This document shows positions 24,634-30,861 of a stretch of DNA of 32,000 bases, piece after piece. A program made the position numbers and the translations under genes. Position 1 is the first letter of the stretch. Each line of letters starts with the position of its first letter. A model generated the notes under the pieces. It ran no database searches, was not told the DNA's origin, and was given only the letters and a program-made list of their open reading frames with translations. Source of the DNA: Pseudodesulfovibrio mercurii (lineage in GTDB: Bacteria > Desulfobacterota > Desulfovibrionia > Desulfovibrionales > Desulfovibrionaceae); contig NC_016803.1 in the NCBI RefSeq assembly GCF_000189295.2, positions 2,040,001-2,072,000 of the forward strand. The letters are read 5' to 3'.

Positions 24634-25401
24634 TTAAACGTCGATCTCCACGCCGATGGGGCAGTGGTCGGAGCCGAGGACGTCGGGTTCGATCCAGGCG
24701 CGGACGACCTTGTCCTTGAGTTCCTCGGACACGAAGAAGTAGTCGATGCGCCATCCGGCGTTGTTCTTGCGGGCGTTGAAGCGGTAGGACCACCAGGAGT
24801 AGTGGTGCGGGCCGTCCTCGAACAGGCGGAAGGTGTCCACGTAGCCGTGTTCGATGAACTTGTCGATCCAGGCGCGTTCCACGGGCAGGAACCCGGACCG
24901 TTCGCTGTTGGCCTTGGGGTTCTTGAGGTCGATTTCCCGGTGCGCGGTGTTGAAGTCGCCGCCGACCACGATGGGCTTGGTCCGGCGCAACGCCTGGGCG
25001 TGCTCCAGAAAGGTGTCGTAGAAGCCCATCTTGAAATCCAGCCGCTCGTCCGACATCTGGCCGTTGGGAAAATAGATGTTGAACAGGTGGAAGTCCGGGT
25101 ATTCGAGATGCAGCACCCGGCCCTCGTCACGGAACCGGTCGTCGGGCAAGCCCGTGTCCCAGCGGATGGGCTCGGGATTGGCGAAGCAGGCCACCCCGGA
25201 ATAGCCCTTCTTTTTCTTGGACCAGTTCCAGTAGTGGTTGGAAAAGGAATCCGGCTCGCGCTCGTCCAGGGCCAGCTGGTCCGGCTCGACCTTGGTCTCC
25301 TGCAACATGACCACGTCGCCGCCGCAACCGTCCAGCCAGTCGCGGAAATCCTTCTTGAGCACCGCCCGGTACCCGTTGACGTTCCAGGAATAGATGATCA
25401 T
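24634..25401 (-). CDS. xthA: Exodeoxyribonuclease III
   Basis: ATG at 25401 preceded by AGGAGAAAG. MIIYSWNVNG..., VVMLQETK, GGDFNTAH and GSDHCPIGVEI are EEP/ExoIII motifs. The 466-aa track ORF is an upstream read-through. Confidence 0.9.
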   Translation of the reverse strand: MIIYSWNVNGYRAVLKKDFRDWLDGCGGDVVMLQETKVEPDQLALDEREPDSFSNHYWNWSKKKKGYSGVACFANPEPIRWDTGLPDDRFRDEGRVLHLEYPDFHLFNIYFPNGQMSDERLDFKMGFYDTFLEHAQALRRTKPIVVGGDFNTAHREIDLKNPKANSERSGFLPVERAWIDKFIEHGYVDTFRLFEDGPHHYSWWSYRFNARKNNAGWRIDYFFVSEELKDKVVRAWIEPDVLGSDHCPIGVEIDV

Positions 25402-25438
25402 GGGGCTTTCTCCTAGTAAAGAGGGGAAATCGGGAGGG

Positions 25439-25519
25439 GAATGCCGCTGCGCGGCGATGGTCGGATGATTTCGCCTCCGGCGGGCAAGGGTTCGCACCCT
25501 TGCATCCCGTTTGTGCGCC
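25439..25519 (+). repeat. Intergenic repeat family R2, copy b
   Basis: gaatgccgctgcgcggcgatggtcggatgatttcgcctccggcgggca + agggttcgcacccttgcatcccgtttgtgcgcc. Same orientation as copy a. Confidence 0.75.
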
Positions 25520-25557
25520 TGCGGCGCAAGGTGTTGCGCTTCGCGAGGGAGGGGGGT

Positions 25558-25593
25558 GAAAAAACGAAGGGGAACCGGCCGGGCCGATTCCCC
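25558..25593 (-). terminator. Rho-independent terminator after the 29-aa ORF
   Basis: The minus strand reads GGGGAATCGGCCCGGCCGGTTCCCC (10-bp stem) followed by TTCGTTTTTT. Confidence 0.6.
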
Positions 25594-25616
25594 TGATGCC
25601 GCGTGCGCGGCGAAAA

Positions 25617-25706
25617 CTAGTGCTCGTTGGGGGTGCTGATCTTGATCATGACCAGCGCGGCGATGGTCAGACACAGCCCCAGGAAAAACCAGAAATAACC
25701 CATCAT
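25617..25706 (-). CDS. Unlisted 29-aa hydrophobic small protein MMGYFWFFLGLCLTIAALVMIKISTPNEH (CydX/AppX-like N-terminus?)
   Basis: Hand translation of the minus strand. GGAGGA lies 7 nt upstream of the ATG ATG. A single TM helix is predicted. Its own terminator is at 25558-25593. It is below the length cut-off of the supplied ORF track. Confidence 0.5.
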   Translation of the reverse strand: MMGYFWFFLGLCLTIAALVMIKISTPNEH

Positions 25707-25831
25707 GTTCGCATCCTCCACGTATGTAAGCAATTGTTGTCTTGCTCATAGCAGAAACCCGGAGGGAAGGAAAGTACGGCGGCCCGGAGAAATTCCCCGG
25801 ACCGCCTTTCGGTTTCCGTATGGAGCGGCGG

Positions 25832-26419
25832 CTAGGCTTCGATCCGGGTGCCGAGCACCTTGAGGAACTTGGCCATCCACTCGGGATGGGCGGGCCAGGC
25901 CGGGGCGGTGACGATGTTGCCGTCCGCGCAGGCGTTGGAGGCCGTGGCGTTGACCTCGCACCAGGTGGCCCCGGCGCCGTCGATGTCCGGCTTGACCGCC
26001 GGGTAGGCCGTGCAGGTCTTGCCCTTGATGACATCGGCCGCGGTCAGGATCTGCGGGCCATGACAGATGGCCGCGATGGGCTTGCCCGCGTTCGCGAAGT
26101 GCCGCACGCACTTGATCACGTCCGGGTTCAGGCGCAGGTATTCCGGGGCGCGGCCGCCGGGGATGACCAGGGCGTCGTAGTCCTCGGGCTTGATCTCCTC
26201 GAAGGTGGTGGTCACCCCGAAGTTGTGGCCCGGTTTTTCGGAGTAGGTCTGGTGCCCCTCGAAGTCGTGCACGGCCGTGGCCACGAACTCGCCCGCCTTC
26301 TTGCCGGGGCAGACGGTGTGGACGGTGTGGCCGACCATCAGAAGCATCTGAAAGGGAACCATGGCCTCGTAGTCCTCCACGAAGTCGCCGACCAGCATCA
26401 GTATTTTCTTGGCAGCCAT
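25832..26419 (-). CDS. DJ-1/PfpI-family protein (type 1 glutamine amidotransferase-like fold)
   Basis: ATG at 26419 preceded by GGAGGAAG. Nucleophile elbow AAICHGPQIL, plus DALVIPGGRAPE. Confidence 0.9.
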   Translation of the reverse strand: MAAKKILMLVGDFVEDYEAMVPFQMLLMVGHTVHTVCPGKKAGEFVATAVHDFEGHQTYSEKPGHNFGVTTTFEEIKPEDYDALVIPGGRAPEYLRLNPDVIKCVRHFANAGKPIAAICHGPQILTAADVIKGKTCTAYPAVKPDIDGAGATWCEVNATASNACADGNIVTAPAWPAHPEWMAKFLKVLGTRIEA

Positions 26420-26457
26420 TTTGCTTCCTCCAAGGTAGAGTTTATACAGGTTCCGCC

Positions 26458-26485
26458 ATCATAGCCCCGCCCGTTTTTTTGTCAA
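26458..26485 (-). promoter_or_regulatory. Sigma70 promoter for the DJ-1/PfpI gene
   Basis: The minus strand reads TTGACA (26485-26480), a 16-nt spacer, then TATGAT (26463-26458). About 38 nt upstream of the ATG. Confidence 0.55.
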
Positions 26486-26529
26486 CACGGCTTGGTGACA
26501 ATCCGCAGGCCTTGCCGTAAAACCGGCGC

Positions 26530-27699
26530 ATGAACCATTTCGACGCCGTCATCCTCGGAGCCGGGGCCTCGGGCCTGTGGTGCGCCATGACCGCCGGGGC
26601 GCGCGGCCGCACGGTCGCGGTCATCGACCACGGGGCCAAGACCGCCCGCAAGGTGCGCGTGTCCGGCGGCGGCAAGTGCAATTTCACCAACCTCGACGTC
26701 TCGCCCGCCCACTACCTGTGCGCCAACCCCCACTTCGTCAAATCCGCCCTGGCCCGGCTGTCGCCCTGGGACGTGGTCGCCTTTCTGGGCGAGCACGGCA
26801 TCAGCTATGAGGAGCGCGACCACGGCCAGCTCTTCACCCTGGAGGGCGCGGGCAAGGTGGCGGGGGCCCTGGCGGAGCGCTGCGGCCGGACGGGCGTGGC
26901 CCTGCTGACCGGCCGGGAGATCGGCGCGGTCTCGGGCGAAGGGCCGTTCACCGTCGAGATGGGCAACGAGACCGTGACCGGCGACAGCCTGGTCCTGGCC
27001 CTGGGCGGCCCGTCCTGGCCCCAGGTCGGGGCCACGGACCTCGGCTTCCGGCTGGCCCGTCAATTCGGGCTGCAACTCACCCCGACCCGGCCCGGCCTGG
27101 TGCCCCTGGTCTTCCCCAAGAAGCTCCAGCCCCTGTGCGCGGACATGGCGGGCAACGCCCTGCCCGCCGCCGTGGAGGCGGGCTCCATGCGCTTTACCGA
27201 CCCCCTGCTCTTCACCCACCGGGGCATCTCCGGCCCGGCCGTGCTCCAGGCGTCGAGCTACTGGCGGGAGAACCGGCCCGTGGCCATCGACTTCCTGCCC
27301 GACCTGGCGCTCACGGATTTTCTGGCGGACAACCGCTCCTCCAACCAGCAGCTGCGCAACCTGCTCGCCCGCGTCCTGCCCAAGCGGCTGCCGCCCCTGC
27401 TCCTGGCCCCGGCCCTGGCCGAGACCCAGGTCAGCCAGCTGTCCAAGGCGCAGACCGAGGCCGCCTGCGAGGCCATCCACCGCTTCACCGTCACCCCGTC
27501 CGGCACCGAGGGCTACGCCAAGGCCGAGGTCACGGTCGGCGGCGTGGACACGGCCCGCATCTCCTCCAAGACCATGGCGGCCCGCGACGTGCCGGGGTTG
27601 TACGTCATCGGGGAGACCCTGGATGTGACCGGCCATCTGGGCGGCTTCAACCTGCACTGGGCGTTTGCGTCGGGGCAGGCATGCGGGGAAGCGATTTAA
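26530..27699 (+). CDS. BaiN/RdsA (HI0933-like) NAD(P)/FAD-dependent oxidoreductase
   Basis: The N-terminal dinucleotide fold is FDAVILGAGASGLWCA. SGGGKCNFTN, GISGPAVLQ and GETLDVTGHLGGFNLHWAFASG are characteristic of the HI0933 family. Confidence 0.9.
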   Translation: MNHFDAVILGAGASGLWCAMTAGARGRTVAVIDHGAKTARKVRVSGGGKCNFTNLDVSPAHYLCANPHFVKSALARLSPWDVVAFLGEHGISYEERDHGQLFTLEGAGKVAGALAERCGRTGVALLTGREIGAVSGEGPFTVEMGNETVTGDSLVLALGGPSWPQVGATDLGFRLARQFGLQLTPTRPGLVPLVFPKKLQPLCADMAGNALPAAVEAGSMRFTDPLLFTHRGISGPAVLQASSYWRENRPVAIDFLPDLALTDFLADNRSSNQQLRNLLARVLPKRLPPLLLAPALAETQVSQLSKAQTEAACEAIHRFTVTPSGTEGYAKAEVTVGGVDTARISSKTMAARDVPGLYVIGETLDVTGHLGGFNLHWAFASGQACGEAI

Positions 27700-27803
27700 C
27701 AGTGGCCTTCGAACGCACCCCAACACAAATCGGGGAGATACGTAATCTGTGTGCTATGAGGCTGTAAAATTCAGGGATAGCTTTTTATACTTGAATAAGT
27801 CTG

Positions 27804-28406
27804 TCACAGCGCAAGTGAAGTAACGACGCCATAAATAAGCATCATAAATCCACACAGCTGGTGCAAAAGTTCTTCTTCAACTGTTTGAGTAATTTTTACT
27901 TCTAAAGATGTACATGTATTTATTATTTTTTTATTTAATTCATCTTTGACTTTCTTTACTTTTCGATCCATATCTTGACCTTGCTCAAACAATTTCGCAT
28001 CAAGCTCGTTGAGCTTATTGTGGATGAAATCTACCCGTTGCTCTAATGTTGTAAAACTAGGTGTAAATAGTGTGTGCATACTGGCACCAATTGTAACACT
28101 TTCGCTTAACTCAATATTGAATATACGACCAGGATGCCATGGAGCCTTTCTCCACCATTCTAAAAACATTCCACCAAGGCTGACCCCTTTGAAGCTATTA
28201 AGGGTGCCATTGATTGTATAGAAGATAATAGCTGCACCACCAACTTGACCTATGAAGGCTATGAACTTGTGGACTAAAGGACGATTGGGCACTTCAACGT
28301 GAAGCCACAGTACAAAGTGAATAAAGCCAATTATGATTAATGTGGCGAGAAAGCGGAGAGGATAGAGCCAGTCCAACCAAGATTGGAGATTTTTAGTGCA
28401 TGACAT
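27804..28406 (-). CDS. Orphan low-GC membrane/coiled-coil protein (200 aa), no recognisable family
   Basis: ATG at 28406 preceded by AGGAGG with a 5-nt spacer. It is the only long ORF in the low-GC segment. Two N-terminal hydrophobic helices (approx. residues 15-35 and 47-66), a charged helical region (approx. 112-178) and a hydrophobic C-terminal tail (LCGFMMLIYGVVTSLAL). Codon usage is AT-rich, unlike every neighbouring gene. Confidence 0.7.
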   Translation of the reverse strand: MSCTKNLQSWLDWLYPLRFLATLIIIGFIHFVLWLHVEVPNRPLVHKFIAFIGQVGGAAIIFYTINGTLNSFKGVSLGGMFLEWWRKAPWHPGRIFNIELSESVTIGASMHTLFTPSFTTLEQRVDFIHNKLNELDAKLFEQGQDMDRKVKKVKDELNKKIINTCTSLEVKITQTVEEELLHQLCGFMMLIYGVVTSLAL

Positions 28407-28545
28407 AGAGGCCTCCTGCTCATGGGGTGTAACTAATGTTTAGGCCCATGGAAACCCAAAAACTAAGAAGGAACCGCAGGACGACTCGACTCCTGTATTT
28501 TCCCTCGCCACATTTCCCGCGTTCAAAAGAACAACCAACCACAAG

Positions 28546-28592
28546 AAAAAACAAACGCCGCCCCATGTGCGATACATGGAGCGGCGTTTTTC
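28546..28592. terminator. Bidirectional rho-independent terminator (serves rdgB on the minus strand)
   Basis: 15-bp stem aacgccgccccatgt / acatggagcggcgtt with 1 mismatch. T5 lies on the plus side and an A-rich run on the left gives a U-tract on the minus strand. Confidence 0.6.
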
Positions 28593-28628
28593 GATATTCA
28601 TCCGCACCCCGGAAGGGCCGGAGAGGGG

Positions 28629-29237
28629 CTACCTGTTGGCCTTCGCCCAAAAGTCCGGCCACTGTTCCAGCAGCTTCCGCATGGCCTTGCCCCGGTGGGA
28701 CTTGGCGTTCTTCACTTCCGGGTCCAGTTCGGCCACGTGCAGTCCCAGCTCGGGGTCGATGACGATGACGTCGTAGCCGAAGCCCCCGCGGCCCTTGTAG
28801 CCGTGGCCGACGGTGATCTCGTAGGTCCCGTCCGCGTGGATCTCCGCGCCGTTGGGGGCGGAGGCGGCCATGACGCAGCGGTAGCGGCCCGTGCGCTTGC
28901 CCTCGGGCACGTCCTGCATCTCGGCCAGCATCTTCTCGTTGTTGTCGTGGTCGTCGTGCTGCTCGCCCGCATAGCGCGCGGAGTACACGCCGGGGCGGCC
29001 GCCCAGGGCATCGACCTCCACGCCCGAGTCGTCGGCCACGGCCACCAGGCCGGTGATCTGGGCCACGGCGCGCGCCTTGATGAAGGCGTTCTCCAGGAAG
29101 GTCTCGCCGGTCTCGGGAATGTCGCCGATCTCCGGAAACTCGGCCAGGCTCTTCACGGCCACGCCGAAGGGCTCGAGCATGACGGACAGCTCCCGAATCT
29201 TGCCCTTGTTGTTGGTCGCCAGAACGATGGTGTCCAT
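28629..29237 (-). CDS. rdgB: dITP/XTP pyrophosphatase (Ham1/RdgB family)
   Basis: ATG at 29237. The family motifs are LATNNKGKIRE, ADDSGVEVDALGGRPGVYSARY, GFGYD and SHRGKA. Confidence 0.9.
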   Translation of the reverse strand: MDTIVLATNNKGKIRELSVMLEPFGVAVKSLAEFPEIGDIPETGETFLENAFIKARAVAQITGLVAVADDSGVEVDALGGRPGVYSARYAGEQHDDHDNNEKMLAEMQDVPEGKRTGRYRCVMAASAPNGAEIHADGTYEITVGHGYKGRGGFGYDVIVIDPELGLHVAELDPEVKNAKSHRGKAMRKLLEQWPDFWAKANR

Positions 29238-29330
29238 TGGAATTTCCCCCTGCGGTGGTTGTTTCAGGGGGAAGAACCTACGCGGACTCGCCGGAATCTT
29301 CAACCGCCAGGATGGGCGGCAGGTACAGGG

Positions 29331-30758
29331 TCACCTTGGTGCCGACCCCTCCATGGAGGCCAGGTCCACCCGACCGCCCAGCTCGCCCACGATCTTGTGG
29401 ATCTGGGCCAGTCCCAGGCCCACGCCCTTGTCCTTGGTGGAGAAGAACGGGCTGAAGATCTTGTCGCGGATGTCCAGCGGGATGCCCACCCCGGTGTCCT
29501 CCACCACGAGCATGGCCATGTCGCGGTTCATGGCCGTGGTCACGTACAGCTTGCCGCCCGAGGGCATGGCCTCCAGGCCGTTCTTGACCAGGTTGATGAG
29601 GCACTGCTTGATCAGGTCCGGGTTGGCGTGGACCTTGGCCATGCCTTCGTCCAGGGAGATGTGCGCCTCCACGCTCTGGTTGGAGCACGGCAGCTGCATG
29701 ACGTCCATGGTGGCCGAGACCACCTCGTTCAGGTCCACCTCCGCCACCCGGGCCTCGGTGGGCCGGGTGAAGTTGAGCAGGCTGCGCAGGACCTCGTCCA
29801 GCCGCCGGGACTCGTCCAGGATGATGGACAGCTTCTCGCGCGCCTTGATGCCCACGTCCTTGTCGCGCATGAGCGAGTTGGCGAAGCCGCTGATGGAAAA
29901 CAGGGGGTTGCGGATCTCGTGGGCCATGTAGGTGGACAGCTCGCCGATGGAGGCCAGCCGCTCGGCCTGTTGCAGCCGGTTCTCCATGGCCCGCCGCTGG
30001 GTGATGTCGCGGCGCATGGCCACCACGTGGTTGACCGACCCGTCCTCGTCGGCCACCGGGCTGGTGTAGACCCGGTAGTACTGGACCCGGCCGTCCGGGT
30101 CCACTAGGCTGGTGGTGGCCTCGGCCGGGGCGTGGGTGCGCATGGTCGCCTCGAAGGGGTCCTCCCACTCCTCGCACTCGCCCTCGTTGGTCCGGGTGAA
30201 AATCTCGCAGTAGTGCCTGCCGAGCAGGACCCGCTTGGGCAGGCCGGAGCGGTTCAGCACGGTCTGGTTCATGCCGATGACCATGCCGGTCCGGTCCAGG
30301 AACAGGATCTCCTGGTCCATCTGGTCGATGATGGTCTTGAGCATGTTCTGGGTCTGCAGCAGGTCCACCTTGCAGGCCACCCACATCTGGTTGGAGGCCA
30401 GCAGGTTGATGAAGAAATGGGCCGCGCCGCGCTCCACCAGGGTGATGGACGGCGGCAGGTACTTGCGCAGCTCGTAGACCAGCGCCGGACGGCCCGTGGC
30501 CTCGATGACCATGTTGATCTCGGGGTGCTTCTCGAGCATGGCCTTGTAGCCCGCGTAGGTGGGGATGATCCGGCCCGCGTCGTGGGCCTCGGGCAGCACG
30601 GCCTCGCCCGGCAGGGCCACGGCCACCACGCCGATCTCCTTGAGGGTCTCGTCGTTGCCCTGGTCCTTGAACATCTCCCAGAAGGCCAGGAGCGCGGGGA
30701 TGTCTCCGATGACGCCGATGATGTATCGTTTGTCGTCCACGATGGAACCTTCGATCAT
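29331..30758 (-). CDS. PAS sensor histidine kinase with an N-terminal Rossmann-like domain; 3' end disrupted by an apparent 1-nt frameshift
   Basis: ATG at 30758 preceded by GGAGGAGG. H-box STYMAHEIRNPL, N-box LINLVKNGLEAM, G1 VEDTGVGI and G2 GVGLGLA are present. The frame stops at 29331, while the expected ending ...GVGTKVTLYLP continues in another frame to 29278. Confidence 0.8.
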   Translation of the reverse strand: MIEGSIVDDKRYIIGVIGDIPALLAFWEMFKDQGNDETLKEIGVVAVALPGEAVLPEAHDAGRIIPTYAGYKAMLEKHPEINMVIEATGRPALVYELRKYLPPSITLVERGAAHFFINLLASNQMWVACKVDLLQTQNMLKTIIDQMDQEILFLDRTGMVIGMNQTVLNRSGLPKRVLLGRHYCEIFTRTNEGECEEWEDPFEATMRTHAPAEATTSLVDPDGRVQYYRVYTSPVADEDGSVNHVVAMRRDITQRRAMENRLQQAERLASIGELSTYMAHEIRNPLFSISGFANSLMRDKDVGIKAREKLSIILDESRRLDEVLRSLLNFTRPTEARVAEVDLNEVVSATMDVMQLPCSNQSVEAHISLDEGMAKVHANPDLIKQCLINLVKNGLEAMPSGGKLYVTTAMNRDMAMLVVEDTGVGIPLDIRDKIFSPFFSTKDKGVGLGLAQIHKIVGELGGRVDLASMEGSAPR

Positions 30759-30861
30759 TTGACCTCCTCCCCGTCCTGTGCTCATCTGCGCGCGCGTCCG
30801 GGCTGGACTTTGCACCGACTCAAGGCTACCCCATTCAGGAAACGTTATCAAAGGAAATGAC

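Noticed and set aside
20575-25519. Whether the R1/R2 repeats could be a CRISPR array
   Set aside because: Only two copies of each were seen, kilobases apart with genes between them. The units are long (80-120 nt), imperfect and modular. There is no regular repeat-spacer periodicity and there are no cas genes.
28009-28221. 70-aa plus-strand ORF inside the low-GC island
   Set aside because: It is antisense to the well-signalled 200-aa gene. It has no SD, and AT-rich DNA rarely leaves such short frames open except by chance. There is no independent support.
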